A stretch of DNA of 64,000 bases from a virus (IMGVR_UViG_3300017917_003388:1-64000), one strand, 5' to 3'; positions 22,193-32,730 are shown, counted from the stretch's first letter. Notes: a model not told the origin generated them from the letters alone. Made by a program: numbers and translations.

Positions 22193-22966
22193 TTATTTAA
22201 CTCCTATTACTCTACCTGAAAGGTCATATATTAACATCTTAGGATCAGATTTAGGTATATATGTTATATAATTAATATCACTTAATATAAAATCTCCATT
22301 TTTATCATATTCCATAATTCTTATATATACTGTTCCTGAATATTGAGGGGTAAAAAAAGTAGTATAATATCTATTTGTTGAACTATTTGTAGATGAATAT
22401 ATTTTATTTGTTGATTTCCATATATTTAAATCATAACTATATTGAATTATGAAATAATCACTATTAGTTTCTGATAATGTTACCCAATCTATTACTATTG
22501 AATTTTCAACTTGTTTAATCTTAATAGGTCCAAAATTAACAGCTAATGGATTTATAGGTAAAAAATATGGACAAAAATTATCTATATATGTTGTTCTTAA
22601 ATCAAATTTAACATAATATAAAGAATTATCTAAACCATTTACTGATTGTCCCTGAGATATAATATTACAATTAACATCTAGTATTGAAATACTAGTTACA
22701 TCTAAATTATAACCCAATGGTGAAGAATAACCCCAATATATAACCCCATTTAAATTATCTGGGTAAAATCTGAAGTATAAAGTTGTATCTGATATATCTC
22801 CAGATACGCAATATCCACCTGTATATAATTGTATAAATGATGGAATAGAATATTCATAATGATTTAAATATTCATTTTCAGGATCACATAACAAAGATTG
22901 AGATTTTAAATTTAAATTAGAAATTAAAATTAATATAACCACAATTAATCTGTTAAGTGGTTTCAT
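22193..22966 (-). CDS. secreted protein with a Bacteroidota T9SS-cargo-like C-terminal region
   Basis: Signal peptide; PLAVNF...DWVTLSETNSDYFIIQYS; IYDLSGR tail. Confidence 0.7.
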   Translation of the reverse strand: MKPLNRLIVVILILISNLNLKSQSLLCDPENEYLNHYEYSIPSFIQLYTGGYCVSGDISDTTLYFRFYPDNLNGVIYWGYSSPLGYNLDVTSISILDVNCNIISQGQSVNGLDNSLYYVKFDLRTTYIDNFCPYFLPINPLAVNFGPIKIKQVENSIVIDWVTLSETNSDYFIIQYSYDLNIWKSTNKIYSSTNSSTNRYYTTFFTPQYSGTVYIRIMEYDKNGDFILSDINYITYIPKSDPKMLIYDLSGRVIGVK

Positions 22967-22993
22967 TTTATAGAATGTTTTTAAATTATTATA

Positions 22994-24427
22994 TTAAGAT
23001 AAAGATGCGGACTTCCATGTAGACCCATTATACACATATATTAGGTTATTTCGGAAAAACATAGATCCTTCTATTGGACTAGATGAAGATTGTAGAGGTA
23101 GTACAAATAAACCACCACTTATAATTAATGAACCAGTTATGTTTATTAGTGAACCTGATGTTTGGATGAGATTTGATTTATTTACATCACTACTTCCATT
23201 TCCTACTATAAATGAATGTGAAACCGAACTTGTTATATTATATGAACCTATTACAAATTGTCCTAAACCTTCTGCTATAGTTCCTTCTCCAGCAGCAAAT
23301 GAATAATCACCATTAGTTATGGAAGCATTCCCTTGAGCATGGGAAAAATTTCCATTAGCTGTAGTTGCTTGTCCTTCAGAATGTGATCCTGAACCTTGAG
23401 CAGTAGTACTTTGTCCTTCGGCATGTGAAAATTCTCCATTAGTAATATTTCCTTGCCCCTCAGCATGTGAACTATCTCCATTAGTTTCATTACTGGTACC
23501 TTCAGCATGTGAATAAACTCCATTAGTGATATTATTTCTTCCTTCAACATGTGATCCTTCTCCGTTGGATGTACTATTATATCCTTCAGCATGTGAATAT
23601 GAGCCTGATGTGTTAGTTTGGTAACCCTCAGTATGTGAATAATCTCCATCAGCTCGACTATTATCACCTTCGGCATGAGATCCTTCTCCATATGATATTG
23701 AATTTGCCCCTTCAACATGTGAATATAAACCTATTGATTGATTACTTATTCCTTCAGCATGAGAACCATTACCTAATGATAAATTATTTTGTCCTTCAAC
23801 ATGTGAATGTGAACCTGATGATATATTTGAATATCCTTCAGCATGAGAACCATTACCTGATGATATGTTACTATCACCTTCAGCATGACTATTAGCACCT
23901 AATGATATAGTTTCAGATCCTTCAGCATGGGAGTATGAACCTGAAGATATACTAAGATATCCTTCAGCATGAGACCACTGTCCGCTAGATGTAGTATAAC
24001 GACCTTCGGCATGTGACCAATTACCTATGGTTAGTGTAAAATGTCCTTCAGCATGAGAATCTGAACCTGAAGCTATAGTATGGTTTCCTTCAGTATGTGA
24101 ACCAGTATTATAAGCTATAGTACTAGCTCCCTCAGCATGGGAATAAGGACCCAATGCTTGGTTACCAGCTCCTTCAACGTGAGAATATGAACCTATAGAT
24201 TTATTATTTATTCCTTCAGCATGTGAATGTAAACCAGTTGCTTGGTTGTTTGATACACCATTTGTTAATGAACCTGTTATATTTAAAGAACCACTGATGT
24301 ATATATCATAATCCTGAATACCAGTGAATGCATCTACTGATTGAGAAACATGCCATGACTCAATTATGAATGTTTGAGATATTTGATCTGAACCTGTTGC
24401 AAATGTTTGTTTTAATTTTTTTGCCAT
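22994..24427 (-). CDS. fibre/adhesin-like protein with YadA-head-like SHAEG repeats
   Basis: About 23 tandem 14-aa G-x-x-SH[AVT]EG repeats flanked by ISGSL/ITGSL motifs. Confidence 0.85.
   Translation of the reverse strand: MAKKLKQTFATGSDQISQTFIIESWHVSQSVDAFTGIQDYDIYISGSLNITGSLTNGVSNNQATGLHSHAEGINNKSIGSYSHVEGAGNQALGPYSHAEGASTIAYNTGSHTEGNHTIASGSDSHAEGHFTLTIGNWSHAEGRYTTSSGQWSHAEGYLSISSGSYSHAEGSETISLGANSHAEGDSNISSGNGSHAEGYSNISSGSHSHVEGQNNLSLGNGSHAEGISNQSIGLYSHVEGANSISYGEGSHAEGDNSRADGDYSHTEGYQTNTSGSYSHAEGYNSTSNGEGSHVEGRNNITNGVYSHAEGTSNETNGDSSHAEGQGNITNGEFSHAEGQSTTAQGSGSHSEGQATTANGNFSHAQGNASITNGDYSFAAGEGTIAEGLGQFVIGSYNITSSVSHSFIVGNGSSDVNKSNLIQTSGSLINITGSLIISGGLFVLPLQSSSSPIEGSMFFRNNLIYVYNGSTWKSASLS
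23290..24235. repeat. 42-bp coding tandem repeat
   Basis: Recurrent ccttcagcatg at 42-nt period. Confidence 0.9.
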
Positions 24428-24452
24428 TATAAAAATTGTTTATTATAAATAT

Positions 24453-25061
24453 TTATTTTATAATCATAACTTTTCCATATATTATTTTTTCTTTATTATC
24501 TGTTCCTTTATATGTGATTTTGTATACATATATATCGTCGGGACATATTTGGTTATTATAATATCCGTTCCATCTATATTCGATATTATCGGAATGAAAT
24601 AATAATTCACCCCATCTATTGAAGATATCCATATGGAAATCAACTATATTAGTACCATATGCCCCGAATTCTTCATTTTTTTTAACCCCATCCCCATTTG
24701 GGGTAAAAGAATTAGGTATATAAAATGTAAATTCAGGACATCCGTTTACATTTACTAATAATTCATTTTGAGATAAACATTCTCCATTAGAATACTGAAC
24801 AATTATTATATAATTACCTATATTTTCCCATTTAACAAAAATTGATTCAGAATGAAATTCTTCTTGAATATTTAATTGTGGATCTAATATCCATGTTATA
24901 TCATATCCTGGTAAAGGTAATACTGAATATTTTTGGGTTATAAAATTGGTATTACATAATTCAACATTATGTTCTGTTTGAGTAAATGCTACAGAACCAA
25001 AGAATATTCCCAATGATAAGAAAACTATTTTAAACCAAATTGTATTTAATTTTCTTATCAT
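24453..25061 (-). CDS. secreted protein with gliding-motility-associated (T9SS type B) C-terminal domain
   Basis: YIPNSFTPNGDG...IFNRWGELLF...WNG...YVYKI. Confidence 0.9.
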   Translation of the reverse strand: MIRKLNTIWFKIVFLSLGIFFGSVAFTQTEHNVELCNTNFITQKYSVLPLPGYDITWILDPQLNIQEEFHSESIFVKWENIGNYIIIVQYSNGECLSQNELLVNVNGCPEFTFYIPNSFTPNGDGVKKNEEFGAYGTNIVDFHMDIFNRWGELLFHSDNIEYRWNGYYNNQICPDDIYVYKITYKGTDNKEKIIYGKVMIIK

Positions 25062-25071
25062 ATTTAAAAAA

Positions 25072-25635
25072 TTAATTAGTGAATATTATTGGAATAGTAG
25101 GAGGAGGAGTGATGGTAATAGAACCATTTCCACTCATTGGGCAACCATTTAAATCTATAGAAGTAAAAGTTATATTATACACACCTGGAACTAAACCTGT
25201 TGAGTTAAAAGTATTACCAATTACTCCAACTCCCGAAAATATTGGGTTTGTTCCTAAAGGAATAGATGTTAGATTAATAATATTATTTCCTTGACATATA
25301 GATGTAGTAGTAATTTGAGGAATAGTAGCTGGAAATACAGTGATAGTGGCTGTCCCTATTGAAGAACATTGTCCTATAGTTTTAGTAATTTCAATAGTAT
25401 ATACTCCAGGAGTATCCCATGTTACTTCAATTTGGTCTCCATTTGATATTGTAGTAAATGGAAAGGCAGGTGTAATATTAAATGAATAAACAGCATTTGG
25501 GTCTATTATTTGATCCCCATATACCTGTATTTCATTAAGACAATATGATGTATTATTAGCAGGGTTGGGAGTGGGGATTTGAGCGTATGTTGTTAATGAA
25601 ACTAAACTCAATAAAATTAAAAGTAATTTTTTCAT
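25072..25635 (-). CDS. secreted Ig/PKD-like protein
   Basis: Signal peptide, VTWDTPGVYTI, Cys-Gly-Thr-rich. Confidence 0.75.
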   Translation of the reverse strand: MKKLLLILLSLVSLTTYAQIPTPNPANNTSYCLNEIQVYGDQIIDPNAVYSFNITPAFPFTTISNGDQIEVTWDTPGVYTIEITKTIGQCSSIGTATITVFPATIPQITTTSICQGNNIINLTSIPLGTNPIFSGVGVIGNTFNSTGLVPGVYNITFTSIDLNGCPMSGNGSITITPPPTIPIIFTN

Positions 25636-25640
25636 AATGA

Positions 25641-27017
25641 TTAATTTGTGTAAATTTGTATATTAATTCCGTTATTTGTTATGGTGATATTTCTAGTTAA
25701 AATTATATTAGGACATGCACCAGTTAACGATAATGTAACAACATACGTTCCTGGTGATAAATATATGTGAGTGGGGTTTTGAATATTACTAGTATTTCCA
25801 TCACCAAAATCCCAACTTATATTATATGTAGAAGAAGAACATCCACCAAATTGAATTGGTGAAGTAAATGAAACTACATTACAGTTTATATTAGGATCAG
25901 GAAATGAATATGGTGGAGGGGAATAATATGAAGCAAAATTAGGTAATCCCATTCGACTAGATCTTCCAGCTAAACTAATACTTAGATTAGAATACGAACA
26001 ACCTATTCCTAATATATTAGGATTATTAATAACTGATAAACTAGTATTATTTCTTGCTACATATATTTTTCCATCTGGACCTAATTGTAGTGAACCTATA
26101 AAAGGTCCAGCATTTGATACTACATATCTAGTTGACGGTATGTTGTTAGAACATAAATTAAATTGTAATAATAACCCACCATTTGTTCCTGCATATAATA
26201 TTTTATTATCTGGGGAAAACTCACATCCATATAAACCTTGATCTGTAGCAAGTGTTTGGGCATTAGTTACAATTCCTGTAGATGAATTAAAATCATATAT
26301 TTGTAATATATTTGCTCCTCCATTATTTAATCCGTAATAACAAGCTGCTATTCGTTTACCATCTGAACTGGCTTTTAATTGCCCATATGCTGATTGACTT
26401 ATACCCGATGGGGTTATACCTGCTAAAGACCAAGATTGAGTGGATCCTACTCCTAATGAATTTACACTCCAAGCTCTAAAAGTATTAGTATTCCAATCAT
26501 GAGATAAAACCCATAAATCTACATTATTGCAATGTCTTATAGCACATAATTTTTCACAAGATGGAGTATATAATTGAATATTCTTTGATACAACAGCACC
26601 TAGTCCACTATTTAAATTAATATCAATTATGGAATAACATATACCATTAGGTCCAACATCATTATCAGAAGTAAATATATAATATATATTTGAATTTCCA
26701 GGTTGTTTTACAATTATAGCAGATTGAGTAGAAGATGCATCTCCAAACAAACCTGTACCATTAGTCATTATTACATGATTTCTATTATAAACTGTAACTC
26801 CATCTGTGTAAAATAATAAATTACCTAAATTATCAGATATAGTAGCTACACCCTCAGTAGTAATTAATACTCCATCTGTTAATGCAACTGGTGAACCTGA
26901 ATTAAATGTTATTCCTGCTTGGTTTCCAAAATACCAATTTGTTGATGGACCAGGAATTTGTCCATTTAATAAATTAATATATAATAAATAAAATAATATT
27001 AATAATAATTTATTCAT
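25641..27017 (-). CDS. secreted beta-propeller plus PKD protein
   Basis: Signal peptide; NWYFGNQAGITF, LLFYTDG, LQLGPDGKIY, GLPNF; WDFGDG PKD. Confidence 0.85.
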   Translation of the reverse strand: MNKLLLILFYLLYINLLNGQIPGPSTNWYFGNQAGITFNSGSPVALTDGVLITTEGVATISDNLGNLLFYTDGVTVYNRNHVIMTNGTGLFGDASSTQSAIIVKQPGNSNIYYIFTSDNDVGPNGICYSIIDINLNSGLGAVVSKNIQLYTPSCEKLCAIRHCNNVDLWVLSHDWNTNTFRAWSVNSLGVGSTQSWSLAGITPSGISQSAYGQLKASSDGKRIAACYYGLNNGGANILQIYDFNSSTGIVTNAQTLATDQGLYGCEFSPDNKILYAGTNGGLLLQFNLCSNNIPSTRYVVSNAGPFIGSLQLGPDGKIYVARNNTSLSVINNPNILGIGCSYSNLSISLAGRSSRMGLPNFASYYSPPPYSFPDPNINCNVVSFTSPIQFGGCSSSTYNISWDFGDGNTSNIQNPTHIYLSPGTYVVTLSLTGACPNIILTRNITITNNGINIQIYTN

Positions 27018-27781
27018 TTTATTTTAAATATAATTTTATTATTTTTAGAAGTTATTCTTTTTACAAATAAATTATCATTTATATCATCAAAATATATATT
27101 AAGATTAGTACCTAAACATATATATGGACCACCGGATGGATCTACCATGTTATATTTATTGAAATCTGTATATATAAATTTACCATATTTATTATATAAT
27201 TCATGGTTATCAAATATTATTTTTTTAAAATATTCAAAACTTATTTTTGTTATATTATTTATTTTACTATTATCATGTAGATAAGCCTCATAAGCTTTAT
27301 CATATACATTACAGTATCCAACTCTGATCCAATCAGGATTGTAACCCTCCATTGTAACCTTCTTATCTTCAGGATAATATTTGAAAATAATAACATCACC
27401 ATATCTGTTTTTATATGTATTAGTAATTTTTTTCATTTTTATTTTTTGAGATAATCTCCATTTAATATTATTTTAAATATTAATAATGTAATTAATAATA
27501 AAATTATAATATCCATTTATACTAATCTATTTGCAATTAGTTTGATGATATTTTCTTCTTCTAAAGTTAGTTGAATTTGAGAATTTTGAATTTTAATTAA
27601 ATATTCATCCATTTCTTCAGGACCTTGTTGAACAAATTTTTTATGTTTATTTAATTTATTAATCATCTCTGTATCATAACCATCTTTAATTAGATATTCA
27701 ATTAGTGTTCCAATTTCAGAACTTGTACAATTCCATAAAAAATCATCTATATCTATATCAATACTAGGCATATTTTCAATT

Positions 27782-28378
27782 TTAATTTATTTTTAATAAT
27801 TTATTAACTTTTAATTGATGAAAATTAGAAAGAAATGGTTTAAATTCATTATAATAAATTATAGCATCTTGTTTTATATCTTTCTTATTTTTACCAATCC
27901 ATTTTTGTATATTTTTATCAATTTGATTATAATCAAATAATCTATATATTATGTCTTCTAATAAACATTCATAAATATATTCTTTTCCTACACTTATAAA
28001 TTCATCATTTGTTATTTTATATTTCTTTTTAGCTGTACTAACAGCCCATTTCTCAGCAGAAAATTCAGCTATATGTCCTAATATATTATTACCAGTAACT
28101 ATGTGTCCTATTTCATGTAATGAAACTAAAAATGAATAATCACATTGTGGAATTGGTATATATACTCTATTTGTATTAAAATAAGCATAATACATTGATG
28201 TATCATTAAATTCACCCCATTTTTGTACTTTTATATCATACTGATTAAGTTCATTTTTAATCCATTGGATGTATGGTTTTTCATTTTCTATATGAATTTT
28301 TTTAAGTTCTTTATATCTCCCCATATTATATTCGTCCGTAACTTTTTCCTGTACTAGAATCTCTAGTATCAACTCCAT
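27782..28378 (-). CDS. putative zinc metallopeptidase
   Basis: SLHEIGH (HExxH) with downstream E. Confidence 0.6.
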   Translation of the reverse strand: MELILEILVQEKVTDEYNMGRYKELKKIHIENEKPYIQWIKNELNQYDIKVQKWGEFNDTSMYYAYFNTNRVYIPIPQCDYSFLVSLHEIGHIVTGNNILGHIAEFSAEKWAVSTAKKKYKITNDEFISVGKEYIYECLLEDIIYRLFDYNQIDKNIQKWIGKNKKDIKQDAIIYYNEFKPFLSNFHQLKVNKLLKIN

Positions 28379-28675
28379 CTATGAATATTAATCCTTCTTT
28401 ATCTGTGTTTTCTACTAATATATTAGTTCCAAAGTAATATATTGGACCTAAATATTCTTTAATTATATATTTATCTTCTTCTAAATATGATATCCGTCTA
28501 GGTCTATTACATGATCTAAATTCTCTTGGAGTTAATCTACACCATGTATCACCCAATTGTACTTCACAATTATTAGTTGTATCAAAATCATATTTTAATT
28601 TTTCCAAACCACCTGTTTTTTCAGACATAAACATTTATTTAGAATTATATTTTTTTGTTAAAAAGCTTTTACATT

Positions 28676-28755
28676 TTTCAACAAAATTTATATTTTTATT
28701 CATATAATTTATTAATTATTAATTAATTAGAGAGTATTACGTCTAAGTATACGTT
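28676..28755 (+). repeat. direct repeat (other copy 52826-52898), attC right-arm-like, ending at GTT
   Basis: Identical apart from a 7-nt indel; identity stops right after TATACGTT. Confidence 0.9.
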
Positions 28756-29086
28756 AACAGTAATATTATTTTTGTTTTGATTTTAATTCATTATAATAAT
28801 ACCTTTCAGCTTCTTCTTTTGTAAATGGTGGTAGTTTTTCTGCTTCCTTTATACTATCATAATCTGATTTTTCAAAAAAGCAACCGATTATATAAATTGC
28901 TATAATTATTAATATTGCTTCCATAGTTATTTTTTTAATAAGGTAAAACAATCAATCCATTGAGCAATTTCCCAACCGCTTTCGCTGTATTCGGGACATC
29001 TAACTAAATACCAAGTTTCTTCCTTTGGTTCTTTTTCTGTTGTTTTTACAAGTTTCATTTTACTTTGATTTGTGAGAAAGACCAGC

Positions 29087-29180
29087 GGCTAACAGCGGTT
29101 TTGCAATAGCCGCCTGACAGTTCTTGGTTAATAATTAAGTTCTTCTTTAGCGGCCATCGCAAAGCCGCAAAACGTTAGGC
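29087..29180 (+). repeat. attC-like site
   Basis: GGCTAAC-A-GCGGTTTTGCAATAGCCGC...GCGGCCATCGCAAAGCCGC-AAAAC-GTTAGGC. Confidence 0.8.
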
Positions 29181-29384
29181 ACAATTGTTAGTGACCACCT
29201 TTATATTTAAGTCTGAAAGAATTGCTGAAACTTCTTCTTTCATATCTTCATTAACATTTGACCAACAAGTATCTCTTTGACCATCCCATTTAGCGTGAGA
29301 TAAAGCACCATTACTAAACGCTTTTTCAAGCAATTCTTTCAGTTCATCGGTTGAAAGAATAAAACCGTTATCAAATTTTGTCAT
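29175..29384 (-). CDS. cassette-borne hypothetical protein
   Basis: Stop TAA lies in the core site; frame stays open into the next attC. Confidence 0.7.
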   Translation of the reverse strand: MTKFDNGFILSTDELKELLEKAFSNGALSHAKWDGQRDTCWSNVNEDMKEEVSAILSDLNIKVVTNNCA

Positions 29385-29399
29385 AATTAAAACAACTGT

Positions 29400-29494
29400 G
29401 CCTAACAGCGTATATGCAAGATACGCCACGAAGCGGTTTGTAAATATTTAAGTTTATTCTTTGGCGACCATCGCAAAGCCGCAGAACGTTAGCA
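29400..29494 (+). repeat. attC-like site (hybrid arms)
   Basis: GCCTAAC...GCCGCAGAAC-GTTAGCA. Confidence 0.75.
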
Positions 29495-29500
29495 TCAATA

Positions 29501-29917
29501 CTACGGAAGTAGTTCGATTACTTTTATTTGGTTAGGGTAAAACGCAACAACATTTTCATCCATTACCACACCATCATAACCGTTTTGTATTAATTTATTT
29601 TTTAATTTTAAGTCAATGTAGTTATAAGAGTAATCATAACCTTCATCATCTTTAATAGTATCACCTACGGCATTTCTAAATTTACCATCATCAGTGTCAG
29701 ATAAATCATATGGATTTTTTAAATTAAACTTAATTTTAAAAACATTCTCGCCATAAGTATTTGCAAAATTATAGTCCTTTGTACCATAAAAAACAGTATC
29801 TTCATCAAACAAAATTTCATCGTTGTTTGTGCCGTGTAGATAAACATCATTTACCACCTTATTTTTATTAAAATATTCTCTGATTGTAGTTGTTATGAAT
29901 TTCTTCAAATCTTTCAT
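29501..29917 (-). CDS. ADP-ribosyltransferase-fold-like protein with N-terminal leader
   Basis: YLHGT, FYGT...FANTYG, NLKNPY, GYDGV, VAFYPNQIK. Confidence 0.6.
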   Translation of the reverse strand: MKDLKKFITTTIREYFNKNKVVNDVYLHGTNNDEILFDEDTVFYGTKDYNFANTYGENVFKIKFNLKNPYDLSDTDDGKFRNAVGDTIKDDEGYDYSYNYIDLKLKNKLIQNGYDGVVMDENVVAFYPNQIKVIELLP

Positions 29918-30746
29918 CTTTTCTTTTATTTTATTTTATTTTAATTTTAGTTTTTCAAATTAAGTTCTCTGTGGTTAAATTGTTAACAAACACAAATACT
30001 TTTTCGTTAGATTCAATATCTTTTATTACCACAGCGTAATGGAGTTCCATCACTATTAAGTATTAATATAGTTCCTCTTCTATGATCTAATGTTTTATAA
30101 ATAAATCCATTTTCGCAACTAATTGAATAATCCCAATGAGATCCAACTTCATATGGATCTCGTTTGCTATCACAATATTGAAGTAAAATCATTATTCCAA
30201 AAGTTAATAAACCAAATAATAATAAATTTTTCATATAAACATTTGTTCTAATTTCATTTGAGTAAATCTTTCCATAGTATGGAATATTTCTTGTCTATCT
30301 AATATTTTAGCTTGTGATATATCATCTGAAAATTGGGCGTATCCTTGTTTAAGACCTGTATAAACATATTCATCTTTATTAAGAATAATATATTTAGGTT
30401 CTTCTTTCTCCCAAGTTAATAATTTTTTTCTTTTGGGTTTTTTCATTATTTTACTCTCCAATTTTCTTCATAATCTGGATAAGTAGGCCATACATATTTT
30501 TCTATACTTACCCAAAATCTTTCATGCCATACTTCTTTTTTTACTCCTTCTATTATGGCTTTATCATCAGTTATACCTTGTTCTAAGTTTAAAATAGATA
30601 ATTGTAATATACCCAATTCTAAAGTTTGAGATAATTCATCGATATTTGTAGTTTCAGGGTTAAAATTATCAATGATCTGTTTTGCTTTACTCCAAAGTTT
30701 TGTTAATTGTCCTTTTTGCTTCTTCATACTCATAACTTATTTTAAT

Positions 30747-31052
30747 TTAATCAGTCAAACCTAATTGTTTTGCTCTTTGATATCCAATCCATTTCCCATT
30801 ATTGGGATTTAAATATTTTCTTTGTGTTAATGGAAGGGATTCTTGTTCATCTTCTAAAGTACTATACTTAATAGGATATTCGATATTTATACAAACTGGA
30901 CCCTTATTGAATTTTTTTAAATTGTAAGTCCAATTTATTATAACATTATCATCATAATGTATGGTCCTAGTAAAACTACCATCTTCATTATTTTCAGTTA
31001 ATGATGATTGGGGAGGGGATTTAGGAGGTCTCCCTCGTTTTTTTATAGACAT
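30747..31052 (-). CDS. AT-hook-containing protein
   Basis: KKRGRPPK. Confidence 0.6.
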   Translation of the reverse strand: MSIKKRGRPPKSPPQSSLTENNEDGSFTRTIHYDDNVIINWTYNLKKFNKGPVCINIEYPIKYSTLEDEQESLPLTQRKYLNPNNGKWIGYQRAKQLGLTD

Positions 31053-31152
31053 AACCTTTTATTTAATATTAATTATATAATATAAGATAAAAAAAGAAGT
31101 TTGATTCCCAAACTCCTTCTTAAAAATTTATTTTCCATTAAAAAATACAATA

Positions 31153-31533
31153 CTAATCTCCAGTATAACCAGCGGGATTAAATTTATGAGTACCAGGTAC
31201 TGCTGATCCTTTTTCTTTGTAATAATTTGCAGCTAAATCACTCATATCTGTTGGTTTTATATTAAATGGGTTTGGATCTTCTTTTTTAGCTGTTGAAAAT
31301 CCCATAGTCCAATTTATCATTTTCTTATATCTTTCAGCATAGGGCATAGTTGAAGCTAATTTTTCGGCATAAGTTTCAGGTTCACGATATGGATTTTTAG
31401 GTTGAGCACCATCTGGTTTACCAGGGAGATATGAATTATATCCTTCTTTCCATTCTTCTGAGTTTGGGTCTATATTTTCAGTAAGAGATGAAATTTCTTC
31501 TTTAATTATTTGTTGTATTTCTGATTTTTTCAT
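31153..31533 (-). CDS. hypothetical protein with N-terminal leader and Rmf-like motif
   Basis: MKKSEIQQIIKEE; EGY...NPY...WTMGF. Confidence 0.6.
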   Translation of the reverse strand: MKKSEIQQIIKEEISSLTENIDPNSEEWKEGYNSYLPGKPDGAQPKNPYREPETYAEKLASTMPYAERYKKMINWTMGFSTAKKEDPNPFNIKPTDMSDLAANYYKEKGSAVPGTHKFNPAGYTGD

Positions 31534-31561
31534 TACAAAATATTTTATTATCATAAATATA

Positions 31562-32158
31562 TTAGTTTTTCCATTTCCACTTAAATTTCCATGCTGTTTT
31601 TAACTTACCTTTACAGCAATCTCCAATACCATATGAGTTTCTATCTTTATTTAATGCTATATTTGCTTCACTTATTGAATTATATGTTGCCTTTAAATTT
31701 CCATCTAAATCATATTGTTCTACTGGTTTTTGTAATGTTGGATATTTATGTCCTTTCTTAGCATTAGAAATATTGCATTTTTGTTTTTCAGTATATTTGG
31801 AACCAGTTTTACCATGATGTATACCAACAGGATGGGGTTTATGTTTTTTACCTTTCCTTGATATACTCATTTTACTTTTAGATTCTTCAGAATAGTATGA
31901 AGGACCGCTTCCACCTTCTTTACGTATATTCATAATCTCGAATCCCCATTGTCTAAATTGTTCTATCCAATACGTTTCTAGTGGTTTCCAATCTTTTTTA
32001 TCTAAATTAGGGATTTCATCTATGTAGTCATATTGAATATTTTCTCCATATGTTTTTTTATGAGAAGATTTTCTTGAATTTTTAGTTTTACCTATATAAA
32101 CTTTATTGGGATCTCCGTAACAGTTAGTTACAAGATAGATTTTTGTAATATGTATCAT
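31562..32158 (-). CDS. GIY-YIG homing endonuclease with NUMOD motifs
   Basis: KIYLV...VYIGKT, ETYWIEQF, VEQYDLDG. Confidence 0.85.
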   Translation of the reverse strand: MIHITKIYLVTNCYGDPNKVYIGKTKNSRKSSHKKTYGENIQYDYIDEIPNLDKKDWKPLETYWIEQFRQWGFEIMNIRKEGGSGPSYYSEESKSKMSISRKGKKHKPHPVGIHHGKTGSKYTEKQKCNISNAKKGHKYPTLQKPVEQYDLDGNLKATYNSISEANIALNKDRNSYGIGDCCKGKLKTAWKFKWKWKN

Positions 32159-32214
32159 CGCAATATAAATTATTTGTCGATGATAAATATTGCAAAACAA
32201 CAAAGAGCTGCATT

Positions 32215-32730
32215 TTATGCAGCTTTCTTTGGTCTTCCCCGTCTTCCTCCGGATAACAAAGCACGTTTTGCTTTCTCAGCATCTCTAATTGCTTTCAATT
32301 CGGGGTCCATTGGTTTACGTCCTCTTTTACCACCAGTAGGTTTATATTCTGGTTTAACTTTTAGTTCACTTGGGTCTTTACGAGGTCGTCCACGTTGTTT
32401 TTTCTCACCAGTATGAATTTTCTCCTTAACAACACCCTCAGCTTTAGAAAAATATTTCATCATTCCCAATTCATATGGGTGTACCACCAATTGGTCCAAT
32501 TCATAATTATAAACACTACCTTCAGGACCATATACTTCAAACCCACCATTTGGGAATGTTTGTTTATCTCCTGGTTGATACATTGCTTTTAAAGTAAAAT
32601 TAAGTGATGGATCATCTATGTAATTTACAGGTAATACTCTACATCCTTTAACAAAGTGTGTAAATTTACTATCAACATCCACGAAATTTTTTCTTGGAGG
32701 GAATACATCTGTATTTTCGAATACATTCAT
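32215..32730 (-). CDS. multi-AT-hook DNA-binding protein
   Basis: RGRPRK, RGRKP, RRGRPKK. Confidence 0.75.
   Translation of the reverse strand: MNVFENTDVFPPRKNFVDVDSKFTHFVKGCRVLPVNYIDDPSLNFTLKAMYQPGDKQTFPNGGFEVYGPEGSVYNYELDQLVVHPYELGMMKYFSKAEGVVKEKIHTGEKKQRGRPRKDPSELKVKPEYKPTGGKRGRKPMDPELKAIRDAEKAKRALLSGGRRGRPKKAA

Larger units (their letters stand above)
28676..29917. mobile_element. integron-like cassette array 1 (no integrase)
   Basis: attC-like hairpins at 29087-29180 and 29400-29494 with small ORFs between them. Confidence 0.7.

Noticed and set aside
23317-23895. Repetitive alternative-frame ORFs (HMLK repeats)
   Set aside because: By-products of the 42-bp SHAEG repeat.
29981-30012. 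Possible further attC (TGTTAAC...CGTTAGAT)
   Set aside because: Too short and lacks paired arms; at most a degenerate remnant.
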